From positions 186,001 to 250,000 of the forward strand of contig CT868655.1 of the NCBI GenBank assembly GCA_000165425.1: a stretch of DNA of 64,000 nucleotides, read 5' to 3'. Under the pieces are notes generated by a model. It saw nothing but the letters and a program-made list of their open reading frames with translations, did not search any database and was not told where the DNA came from. Made by a program: the position numbers and the translations under genes. The stretch comes from Paramecium tetraurelia (lineage: Eukaryota). This document shows, piece by piece, positions 1 to 11,943 of the stretch (position 1 is its first letter; the number at the start of each line of letters is the position of its first letter).

Positions 1-443
1 AAGACTCCCTTATTTTACAATTTAATTACTCTAGCTCCAGACAGTTCTAGTAAGACCCTTAATACAATGATTTAGATACCAATTGATGTTCAGATCACAA
101 AAATCACCTGTTTTTATTAGTTTTTTGACTGTCTTTTTGATCTCTAAACAATAACATTCCTTAGTGTACAAATATTTTAGATGCTAAAGATTATAATTTA
201 AAATACAGTGTTAATTTACTCAATGACTAATTCTGGCTTATTTTAAGATTTCGCCTTAATTTGTAACTAATCTCTTCTAAAGGGTTTGAGTTGATTATTC
301 TCATCTTTGATACTCATTTTCAAAGCTTCTTGAATATCTACTTTCATTTCGTCATTCAAGATCTTCTAATAAATATCGTTTTGCTTGTCTCTGATGTAAT
401 TTAATCGTTGAATAAGTAAATTCTTTCTTGGCTTTTTTTACAT
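1..443 (-). CDS. hypothetical protein, 5' part (continues beyond window start)
   Basis: ATG at 443, open in code 6 to the window edge (MQKKPRKNLLIQRLNYIRDKQNDIYQKILNDE...); no recognisable domain. Confidence 0.6.
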
Positions 444-630
444 AATCAATTAATTAAATGAAAGAAAATGAATTAACTTAATTATATAAATACTTAATTT
501 ACAAATGATGATGATGAACAAACATAGCAATTACGATGAATGCGATAGATTTGATTTATCATAATAATGATATTTTTACTATAATTTATCTTACAATAAT
601 ATATTATTATTTTTGCTGATTTCGCAAATA

Positions 631-3339
631 ATGGAGAACTAGCATCAATTCATAGTACTTTTGTTAGGAGATTGCAATACTGGGAAATCAACCATAGTTG
701 GGAGGTATTTAGAGAACAAATTGGTTGACCCGTAACCAACAGTTGGAGTAGTTAAAAGGGAAACCTAAATCGATATCGGTAATGGAAATTAGAAAGCTCA
801 AGTAATTTCTGGTCTAATTAGATCTATGATACATCTGGGAGTGAAAAATTTAGAGCTTAAGTTTTGGGTGAATTCAAGAATGCATCAGCTGTTGTGTTGG
901 TTTATGATATCACTGATTATCAGAGCTTTTAAAATGTCTAGACTCTACAGAAAGGTATTTAGCAGATTTATTGCGAATTAGAGGTCATAAGATAGAATCC
1001 AAATGTAGATTATTGGATAGTTGTGGGGAACAAGTTGGATTTGAAAGAACAAAGAAAAGTCCATATCGATGAGGGAAAGAAGTTTGCTTCGTAGATTGGG
1101 GCTAGATACATTGAATGTTCAGCTTAGCAACCTAGCAATATCAATTTGATATTCTTAACTATCTAACAATGGACTTAGATTAATATTTAACCGAAATATG
1201 TCCCGGAGTAAACTCAAAGGCTTCTTGAGAAATTGAATAATGATGAATAACAAAAGCAATTGTAGACTTCTTCTTCAAAAAACAATTAAACCAAATTCAA
1301 AAATAAGAATACAAGTTTCTCTTTGATTTAGAACAATACAAATAATGTAGTTTCCTCTTCATTTGATGATCAATAAAGTTCGTTTAATGGGGATAGCATG
1401 TAAGATTATTTTGCTTAATTATTGAAAAAAACAGATATGTAGACTCAAAAAGTAAATTAATGATATTATTAAGTTAGCTGATGTGATTGTAGAAGAAGCA
1501 TAAGATAATGTGATTTCATCTTTGAGATAATAAACCCTGGCAATATCAAACTCCAAACCTTTATATATTCTCGATGATGCCAATGCCCAATTATAAGAAA
1601 AAAATGAAGATAAAATATCAATGATGAAAAAGAAACATAAATAATTAGATAAATTAAGAAAAGAAATAGCATAGAACTTGTTACTTGTGCAGGAACAAAG
1701 GAAGAAGCTCACGACTGACTAAGTCATAGAGAATACTTAAACTTAAAAGTTAGAGAAGGAATTGCAAAAGAGATTATTGAGTGTAGAACGAAATATGGAT
1801 TTCTTGAAAACAGACATCTTACTCACTTAAAAAACTTAGAAGTTTAGCACTAATAAGAATAATTTTATGTCAAATGACTAATCACAAATCCTCAAATAAC
1901 ATATTAATTAAATTCATAATCCTGAACATATTAAGGAGTAGAATGAATAAATTGCCAAAATTAAAAACGAAAGGAAGAAACTGGAGGAATAAAGAAATCA
2001 TAGATATAAATAGTATATTGATAATTTAGAAGCTCTATAAAAGTAAGAAAAAGAAATGAGGTTAAAGAACGAATAAGATTTAATTCAAAAGAGAAAAGAA
2101 AAAGCTATGTAGAATATAGCTTCAATGGATAAAATCAGACAGGAAAGATCCTAATAAATGATTAAGCAAAATGAATAGGTTAAATAAATTATTGGAGCAA
2201 CACCTCTGCATGTTAAATTGGAAAATATATTCTAAGAAAAGAATAACAATTCTTAATTAGAGGAACACAAATTAAAATTGAAATAAATCAGAGATCTGCA
2301 TTAACCTATTAGAATGAATGATCTAAAATAATGGGAAGAAAATTACGATAAGAGGAGGAAATCATAAGAGGAGATAAGAAACTAAAAAATCCAATAAAAT
2401 AACCAAGTATCTTATCAACCTTCTTATGAATCCTCTATTTATAGATAAGTAAAAGAGTAATAATGTAAATAATTGAAGGAGAAGGAATTAAGTCACAAAG
2501 AATACCTATCAAAGTAATAAGCTAAATAAGAATTTTTAAATAAACTCAAGGATTATCTTCCTTCTATTAGTCCTGAAAAGTAATAGGAATTAGAACAAAT
2601 CATTAATAAAGCACATCATAAAATCAATTTCTATGAATTCATTGAGATGACGAAAAAAATTAAATTAAAAGGAGTGTTTTTTGATAAAGATGGAAAAATT
2701 CTAGAAAGAAATGTTGATGTAAAATTCTTATGTATATAAGATAGGAAGAATATTATGAGAAAATAAAAGAAAACGAAAGGAATGAAGAAGAAAGTGCTAA
2801 AACAATAGGAAATAAGTATCTAAATGAAGTAAGGAGATTTATCAAAAAGCCAAGTTAACATGAAAGTGTTGATAAATTATAAAGTCAATCTAATCCACAA
2901 TAGGGTTACTAATAAGCTGTTAGAAATCCTAAGTAAAATAAATTGAATGAAATCAAATCTCATTGGAAATTAAAACCAAAAGTGGTTTTTGAAGAAACTG
3001 ATCTTGAAAAAATCATTGATGGTAATGAAGGTAACAATGTTTAATATTGAAGTGGCTGGGTTCTCAAATCATCATGTTATGCAGGAGGCAAATAAACTGG
3101 CATCTGAAGCAGTCAGAAAAATATAGATTATAGAGGCGAAGGGAGAAGGGAAAGAATGCTTTAAAGATATAGAATCAGCAGATAAATTGTTAATTAATTC
3201 CATTAAGGTTGATATTTGAAATATTAAGTTTTAGGCTAAGCTATCTTTAATGGATAAGGAAGTCAAATCTGAAAATAGAGGTATTGAAATATCTTCTAAC
3301 AAGAAGAGAGGAAGAAGTAATACTAAATAGCGTTTATGA
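631..3339 (+). CDS. divergent Rab-like GTPase with ~650-aa coiled-coil C-terminal extension (~850 aa)
   Basis: G1 GDCNTGKS, G2 PTVGV, G3 YDTSGSE, G4 NKLD, G5 ECSA; frame continues past the GTPase domain to TGA 3337-3339 using six 20-27 nt GT..AG introns (first 802-821). Confidence 0.8.
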
Positions 3340-3785
3340 ATCCGTTTTGCATATTCATTAAAACTTATTAAATATTACTATTTATCTCTAATTCTTATAT
3401 GTGTATTATCAATAGTATTGAATAGAATTATTCAAATTTAATTTAAGAACTCAATATGGTTTTTCATCTTCATTCAATTTATTTTGAATAAATTCTAATG
3501 CTAAATTTTCGCTTAAAGTACTGATATATTAAATATTTATATTCAATTAATTATAAAAGTCATATATCATAAATTATATGGTTTATTAGTCTCTAATCTG
3601 AATCCTTAATTTTAAATATATTCAATTTTGATTTCAAAATTAAAATCATTTAAAATCTATAATACTAAGAAAATAAGAATAATTTTATGTAAAATATCTT
3701 AAAAAATGATAACAAGGATAAACATAATTAAAAACTGATATTATATCATAATTTAATATATCTAATAACTTTTCATATTAATTAG

Positions 3786-5337
3786 TCAAATCTAATCTGT
3801 ATACAGTCCATATAAACCAAATGAAATTGAAATAATAGCAAAGAATATTGAAAAAATGAATGTAAACCAGGCAAAGCATTTTTTATATATATCAGCGTCG
3901 ATCTTAAATTGCTTATCCAGATATAAAATGGATGGTATAAGAAAAGTTACAAAATTCTATGAAGTAGATCCCATTAAGCAACTTAATAGTAAAATAGGAG
4001 GTTTAGCCATGGCAAAGAGGAATGCCAGTATATAAACAATAATAGTCACATAAAATGAAAACTATTGGTTCTACTTGAGTTTGGCCTCTTCATGAATAGC
4101 AAATGATTATCTAAATTTGTGATTCATAGTCTATGATTTTTTATTGTCTTTTTCATCTTCCTTATGAAAATCACCATCAGTTATTAACATGAATTCAACA
4201 TTCTTCTCTTTAGGAATCAATGGTTTTTTATCCCAAATGTTGAGTACTAAAACTGTAACATATGGAATGTATTATAATAATTGCAATTGGGCACTTACTG
4301 CAATCAGAATATAGAATATGTAGAAATAGGAATTACCTAGAGGAGGAGTGAAGTTTTTCGATTGGTAGACCATCCTAATTAAATTTCCGTATAATGATTA
4401 GAGATCAACGTTTACAGAGCTAAATGCAATTGCAGCCAAAATTGAGAATGTTAATTCAACGCATAGTAAAAACAACGAACCAAATAATGCACCTTATTTT
4501 AATTTCTTTTCGATGTCATCATCGTTCTCAAATCCTCTTTCTGATGCTCTCCCTGTAAAAAACTATGAGTGATAGGCAAAGGCCATCAAAATCGTTGGTG
4601 TTGAAATGAAGGATTGTACAACTTTCTGACTCGAAGGGTAGAGAGTGTTGTTTATGGAGTGTGTAAGGTCGAATGAAGCTATGACGATAAAAAAGATAGA
4701 AAAGACACCCAAAATCCTAGCAATGGCAACTATGTAAACTGGGTATTTCCATTTAACAAAAAATGGAATCATCAATAGACTACCGATGAATTATATGAAT
4801 TGCTGTGATGCTAAGGATTGGGCCCACTTGAATAGTTGATCATATTTACCTGGTCTTTAATATTGTTATTGGCCATCATATATATTAATGATTATATGGA
4901 AGACTGAAATACACTCATCAGTAGGACTATGTAAAGATATGCGTTGAATATCATGATGCCACGATATATATCAGCTGAGTACTTGGGCATTTGAAATAGT
5001 TCAAATAACTTTGTTAGAGTTCCTTGCTTCTTCTTGGATCGAGCATAGTACTTCAGATCCAATAGAAGTAAAGATTAGAAGAAACTCAAAATAAAGAAAA
5101 ACAAGCAACCAAACACTCCGAATATTATTCCAATCATTTAGAAGTAAAAGGGTAGAGTCAATAAGCTGAACACAAACGAAGAATTGACCACTCGGAGCAT
5201 AAAATTGAAAGTCTCGTTGCCTTTCGATCTATGTCTGCGAGGAGAAAGCATTGGACTACTGATGTCACCAGCTGAATGCCTTATTATTTAATAATCTACT
5301 CTAGCATATCGGATGAGCTCGAATTCTTCTTCTTCAT
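3786..5337 (-). CDS. amino acid transporter, AAAP/Aa_trans (SLC36/SLC38-like) family
   Basis: many hydrophobic helices; LLTLPFYF..G near the N-terminus, ILMAFAYH, LLSCLMGSTS..F..FLIPSI near the C-terminus; start could be ATG 5307 instead. Confidence 0.7.
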
Positions 5338-5353
5338 TTAATTAAAATTAATA

Positions 5354-5839
5354 ATGAAAAGAACAAAGGAAACTATCTTTAGACAACATCCCGAATGGTA
5401 ACAAAGACAAGGAATCAGTGGCCTCAAGGAATTCGATGGCGAAGATCTGTGTATCTCTTCTCATTTTATGTTCGTTAGAATATGATGCTCGAAATAAATA
5501 TAATAAAGAGTAACAGAAGCAATGGATTCAAGAGCAAATCCAAGAAAAGAAAAGAAAATAAGAATAAGAGAAGGCAGAGGAAATGGCCTATGCCTAACAA
5601 ACTTTAGAAATCAATAGGTTTAGAGGAATGCTCCAAGATAACTTTGCAGCCAGAAAAACAGATATAGGCGTTGCTGCTAAACAAACTAATCTACAATTCG
5701 TACTCATCTCATTCTAAACCACTAGGCTAAAGAAAAGAAAGACAAAGAAGAAAGAGATAAATAAGAGAAGTTATAATATGAAAAAAACGAAAGGGATTTA
5801 TTACTTGAACGTGGACGCAAACAACCCTATAACGGATGA
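5354..5839 (+). CDS. RIB43A: RIB43A-domain microtubule inner protein, short form (143 aa)
   Basis: GISGLKEFDGEDL motif followed by EQQKQWIQEQIQEKK coiled coil; two introns (28 and 26 nt). Confidence 0.8.
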
Positions 5840-6438
5840 CACAATGATTTTATTATCAAAAGTCAAACTTATGTCATATTCTATAACAAATGTTCCATCC
5901 CTTAATTATTTGTACATCATTTTATTATCTCATCCAATTTAAACTAAATATCTATCAGAAATGTTGAATCATCAATAGAACTGATAGTACTTACATAAAA
6001 TTTACTACTATCTCTATTTTTATTCAAAATTTGTGAAAATTTTAAAAGAATTATAACCCTTTTTGATTCTCAAATTATATGTCTCTATTTTTTATGGATA
6101 TTTCATTATAAACTGATTTATTCATGGAATTTTTCAATGTATTATCATGAAATTTATAAAATTTCAGAATTATTTATCTGATCTATCTTATCAGGTCTTC
6201 TGATCTGAGTTTAAATACAATATAAATCTAAAGTGTAAATCTTATACTGAATTGTAATTATTTCCTTATTGTACACTTATATTTGATTACATTATATAAG
6301 ATATAAGAAATAAAACTAACACATTAAAGGAAGGTGAATTTAACTTATTAGTTTCAATGAATGTTATTATAAAAATCCAGACACTAACAATCTATTAATG
6401 AAATTTAAAAATAAATATTAATTTTATAACAGACCATA

Positions 6439-7530
6439 ATGCAAGTGAAGCGAGCTGTGCCAAATCCAATAGATAATTTTCATACAGAACCTCGTTCATC
6501 ATAATAATCTTGTCATGTGACCAAATCTAAGCCAATAATACCCACTACTCCTCTTTAATAATCAAAACCTAATAATTTAATCTAATCATTAAATGGATTG
6601 TGTAAATACTTCAATCAGAAAGAGGAGAGCAAATAAATTACTTATTATGCACCGAAAAGTATGTAAAGATCATCTGCTTCATTATCACCCAGAGAAATCA
6701 TGGCTGCCAATATTTAAGATAATAGTCCGCTTTTGGTGAAGTAACTGTTATATGGTAAAAAAGATCAGAAAGAGAATTTTAATCCTAAAGTAGGTATGAG
6801 TATAATGGAAGTAAAATAAATGCCTCATTTGAGTATCAATTAAGACCAGAAATTAGTCAAGGTTAATGATAGTAGCCACAAAAAAAGTATGGGTAAATTT
6901 GCAAGGAACCAAAAGTCTCGAAATGCTTCTGTGTAATATCACGAAGACTGGAAATTAAAATATGAAGAACTGCAATAAAGTTTATGCGAAAGAATTTAAT
7001 AATTAGAAAATGAATTGGAAAGCATGGAGAAGAATAGAAAAACAGATTAAATGCACTCTGATTAATAAACCAATCAGTATATTGAACAATTGCAATATAT
7101 TATTTCTGAAAAGGATTAAGTGATATATGAATAGGAATTAAAAAACGAGAAATTGCAAAATATTGTCGATATGTAACAAAAGGAACTATAGAAACATAAG
7201 GAAGGCAAATACAAAGTCAATGATACAAACGAGATTTAAAGATTATAGCAAATAGATTAAAAATTTCAATAAATCAAAGGACATCTACCAGCACTTAATA
7301 TCACGCTTAAGAATATTTAGTCTATATTCGATGCTGCCTCGTCGGAACAGTAAATAAATAATTTATCTCTATCCTCCGTCTCCATGGTTGAATTGATTAA
7401 TGAATTTAATCAAGGTGTCGAAGAGAACACATAGAAGTCAATTAAAAGCAATACTTTAATGACTTCCAATCTTCTAGAGTAAAAACCAATTAACCTTTCA
7501 GAGATTCTAAACAAGAAGAGAAACCTATGA
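6439..7530 (+). CDS. hypothetical coiled-coil protein (363 aa)
   Basis: intronless code-6 ORF; DWKLKYEELQQSLCERIQQLENELE heptads. Confidence 0.75.
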
Positions 7531-7578
7531 TTTCAATAAATTTACAATAATTATGATTACTTAATTAAATTTAGTTGA

Positions 7579-8630
7579 ATGATCTCTTAAATTGGAGAAA
7601 TTCTCCTTGAACAATTGAATAAATAGTATAAATTTTATATTGAAATGGATTCACATGAATACAAAGAAAACTATTATGATGCAAATATTATGAAAAGAAG
7701 AAGAGCGTAAGATAAAGTGATGGTTGCTCCAATCCTGGAAGTCTTTATGGATATTTGTAAGAAACTAGATTATGTAATCACAATTAATTTAAAAAGAGAC
7801 ATCAAAGGAATATTTATAGATGGTGATACCAATTAATGAATCAAGAGAAGCTCTTTAAAATACTGATTAAATTATCATATTGAATTACTTGAAATAAATA
7901 GCTATTTATCTGATAAAATCGAAATTAGAATTAGAGGATAAATTGTGCTCTCTTGGGGATAGCAAGTAATTTGAAATTGAGTTATAGAAGATGGAAGCAG
8001 ACATAAGACAACACATAAGAGTGCAATAATAACTCTAAATCTTACTAGAATAAGCTTAATAGAAGATAGATGAATTTGAATCTGAAAAACTTAAATCCGA
8101 ATAGTTTATAACTGAATTAAAAAAAAGTCTTGATAATAAAGAAAGAGAATTGATCTCAATTAAGAACGAACTCCAAGACACAAAACACAAGGGAAACCAA
8201 AAGGCTCCCTTCTAAGCAACCAAAACAGAGCCTATCCAATCCTCCATGGATCACTTAGACAATTTATAACTCTTCACCTTGGTTGAGAATTCTCCGAATA
8301 AAAATAATTTTAATTAAGTGTAAGCAGCAATTCGCAAGGGACGCAATCAATAATTAAGCAAAGAACCCTAAAAGCCCAAAGGTGATAACACTCCTTAATT
8401 GAGTAAGTGTTGTTCCATAATAAAAGAATCTTAAACTCAAGACTCCCCAGACAAAATAGCAAGGAAATATTCATAGCCAAATTACATGGAGATAAATGCT
8501 CTTAGATAGTTAATCAAAAAACCATGGTAAAATAGTTATTAATCTATAAAGTCCACTAAATCAGAGAAACGAACCTCAGAGTTTTAGGAGCATTAGTTAA
8601 GAACCTTCCCGTGTCCCTAAAAAATGCTGA
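7579..8630 (+). CDS. hypothetical coiled-coil protein
   Basis: code-6 ORF with two inferred ~25-nt introns; MEADIRQHIRVQQQLQILLEQ coiled coil; the 3' end depends on the second intron. Confidence 0.65.
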
Positions 8631-8663
8631 TTTATAAAAGATTTATTTTTAATATTAACATTA

Positions 8664-9794
8664 ATGAATTCTACAAAGTCTGAAATACTTTTTGCAGGAT
8701 TCAACCAAGATTCAAGTAAACTATTAAAAAACCATAGGCATGTTTTGCGTTGGCACTGACACTGGATTTCGAGTTTGTAATGCATTAAATTCAACTGAAA
8801 AATTTTAAAGAGATTTGAAAGGAGGTATTGGTCATGTAGAAATGCTATACAGAAGCAATATTTTGGCATTAGTTGGAGGTGGCTTATAGCCCAAATATCC
8901 TGACAATAAAGTGATCATATGGGACGATCGTAAAAATACTATTTCTATTTTAGATCTTGTAAAATGTATTGGAGAAATGAGTTTCAGAACTAAGATTAAA
9001 AATGTTAGATTAAAAAATGATAGAGTGGTTGTTGTTCTTGAGAAAAAGATATTTGTTTATAATTTCACTGATTTGAAACTCCTTGATTAAATCGAAACAT
9101 GTCCCAATCCAAGAGGTATATTAATAAAATTAGAATAAGGAATTTGCACTATTAATACAGAGGGAGATCATACAATTTTGGCCACATTAGAGAAATCTGT
9201 CGGCAAGGTTTTTGTAAACAATTATGACGCTAACAAAGCTTATTGTATAGAGGCTCATGTTTCGCCAATTTCATATCTTCAATTAAATTCATCTGGGACA
9301 AAATTGGCTACCTCAAGTGAAAAAGGCACTGTAATTCGTATTTATGATACAAATACTGGGTACTCTAAAACATTTAAAATAGTTAAATTTCATAAGAACT
9401 TCGAAGAGGAAATGATTATGCGACAATTACTAGTTTAGCCTTTGATTTCAGATCATAATGGTTAGGTTGTGCTTCTGATTAAGGAACTATACACATTTTT
9501 GCAGTTAATTAAGAAGGATAATAATAAGAATAGCAAACTCAGAATTAGATTTCTCACAATCCAAAGAGTAAATTTGAATTTCTCAAGGGGTTCATTCCCA
9601 TATTGGGATCTGAATGGAGTTTTGCTCAGTTTAGAGTGCTTGATACAAAGTGCAAAGTGTCATTTGTGCCAGATGAACATCAATTGATTGTGATTTCATA
9701 TGAGGGAAAGTACTACAAAGCATAGTTTGATCCTTAAAAAGGTGGAGAATGCATAAAAGTGGAAGAGAAATAGTTGATTAGCGACAAAGTTTGA
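8664..9794 (+). CDS. ATG18: ATG18/WIPI3-4-like PROPPIN (WD40 phosphoinositide-binding autophagy protein)
   Basis: [60 protein letters not shown]; four short introns. Confidence 0.92.
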
Positions 9795-9800
9795 TTTAAT

Positions 9801-10310
9801 ATGTTAAATAACTCATAAACAAATTAAATTCTAATATCAAAAATATTTGTAGCTTAATGTCATCAGGATTACGAATAAGCTACGGCTCTTTTGGAACAGT
9901 TAACAGGAAATTTGGTTGAGAATTTGAATATGTTCAATAAACATCCCAAAATCCATAAAATACTACAGGACAACTTCGAAATATTCCCTGAGAATTATTT
10001 AGTTTAACCACAATAGATGGATGAAGGTATTGAACAATATCATAAATATTTGGAGTAGATTTGCAATTAGACAAGTAAGGAAGGTAAATGATTGAATAAT
10101 GTTGTAGAGAAGAAAACCAAGAACAAGAATCCCTGGACTGAGGAAGAAAGGAGATTATTTAAATAAGCAATAAAAGAAGGGTCATCAAAAGATTGGAAAG
10201 CTATGGCAGCAATCATAAAAACACGATCTCCTCCGTAAGTTCGTTCCTATTACTAAAAGTATATGAAAAAGAAAAGATAAAAATTAAAGTCAGAAAACAA
10301 AAATGAATGA
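9801..10310 (+). CDS. single-repeat Myb/SANT protein (SHAQKY-like class)
   Basis: PWTEEERRLFKQAIKEGSSKDWKAMAAIIKTRSPPQVRSYYQKY; one 24-nt intron containing an in-frame TGA; start may be a downstream ATG. Confidence 0.8.
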
Positions 10311-10351
10311 ATAAATAATATATATATATATATAATTAATATATTTATGTC

Positions 10352-11230
10352 TCAATAGAATATATAGATTATTAAATAGAGAACCAATGTAATCTAATAG
10401 CATTGATGGCAACTGGCACCATCCCACCTGCATTCAGCATTATCTACAACATAGCTGAAACTTAGACATTAAGTCGCGTATGTACCTTTATCACATGTTT
10501 ATTGATGACAAGAATTGAGATGTTGACTCCAAAAACACCTGGGGTGATTTTAGCAATACAATTCTACAGCAAATTCACTACAAAAAAACTCAACGCATCC
10601 TAAATGAGAAGGATAGCATTGTTGTTGAGTTAATTTATTCACACTTGGACATTCGTGTAAACTATAATCGCTACACTTCTTGGTCTTACATTCATTATCT
10701 TCCCATTTACAATATAACTAATTGCATGAATGGTTATATGTTATGTCTTCGCAATTTTCTAAAGCAATACAAGAGTCTGCATTTTCACCATTTAAAACGC
10801 ATTCGCTCGTTTTTATGCCAACTACTTAAATAGCTCCAACACAAAATTCCACATCATAATCTTGACACAATCTCTGATCAGCCTCAGAAACACAGATTTT
10901 TTACTAATAATCCCACCGGCATTCTATTTCAGAGCAATTTTCTTCGTTGGAATCAACTTCTACAATTTCTTGTAATTACTCACAACCTGTCAATTCCTTA
11001 CAATATCCTCCCGTTATGTTAAAGAAACATCTCAAATTTCCAGCAAAATATGAGCAATCATCTCTTGTTCTTTCAAGGCAATTTGTCTCTTCACATTTGC
11101 CAGATTTTGTTTCAAAATAGCACCCTCTAGCATCTCTACATAAGTCCTCAAAATATATATCGTTGCATTAACATTTTTTTGCAATAGAGGTATAGAGAAA
11201 ATATAAGACCCAAAATAATAATGGCAACAT
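10352..11230 (-). CDS. cysteine-rich surface 'mini antigen' (292 aa), signal peptide and probable GPI anchor
   Basis: MLPLLFWVLYFLYTSIA signal, periodic Cys with C.W motifs (CRWD, CKWE, CFWS), hydrophobic C-terminus ITLVLYLIIYIFY; intronless. Confidence 0.85.
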
Positions 11231-11943
11231 TTTATTTTTTAATCAATAGTATTTGAAACGATATATAAAAAATTAGCAATGTTTTTAATTTCAAATAATC
11301 ATATTGAGGAGATTTTATACTTAATTCAAATGGCATTCTTAAGAATTTGTATAAGATACTAGAAATTTTCCAGATCTACTATTAATCTTTAAATTAATGT
11401 AAGTTTCTCTTGAACTTAGATTAAAGATAATTAAACTTAAACCCTGATTTTCGGTGAATTTTTAATTGCAACTATAATTAAATCTAAAAATTTTTTTTTT
11501 TTTTTAAAGTATTCAGTTATCTATTTCTAACAATCTATTGACTTATAAATAATTTTATGGTCAAATTGGTAATGAATATAATAAAAATAGTAAGGAAAAT
11601 TTATTACAAAAATAATTCTAATTTTTTAATGATTTCTAATTTTAAAAAATTTTAGGGAATTAATGTTGGAGATCTTTTATAATTCAAACGAACCATTAAT
11701 TAATAAGGAGTAGTAACAGCTTTTAACTTTCAATTATCAATATAAAAGTAAATTAATATTAGAGAACTTTTATAACAAGTTATTTAGATTTTCAATTATC
11801 ACATTTGGCATCAATAATAAGACTTGATTGCATTTATTAAATCTTGTTACTTTTGATTTATAAATTCGAATTAATTCATATACGTCAAAATATCCTATAT
11901 GCGATGCGAACTATATTTTAAAATAAATAACAATATATAAAAT

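Noticed and set aside
505..619. ATGATGA...CTGA pair as a C/D box snoRNA
   Set aside because: No terminal stem or recognisable rRNA antisense element; it lies in a short divergent promoter and ends 11 nt before an ATG
1419..1712. Hydrophobic minus-strand ORFs in the track (also 8597-8869, 14652-14837, 15326-15511, 41023-41286, and plus-strand 33500-33707, 48189-49028, 53311-53976)
   Set aside because: They are antisense shadows of real code-6 genes on the opposite strand
6191..6208. 7-bp hairpin TCAGGTC-TTCT-GATCTGA
   Set aside because: Isolated, with no box motifs or other support; likely chance
10319..10334. (TA)n tracts here and at ~35630-35645
   Set aside because: Short microsatellites in A/T-only spacers between convergent genes; no further structure
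11491..11505. 15-nt poly(T) run as a retroposon tail
   Set aside because: No target-site duplication or element body is visible; such runs are expected in very AT-rich DNA
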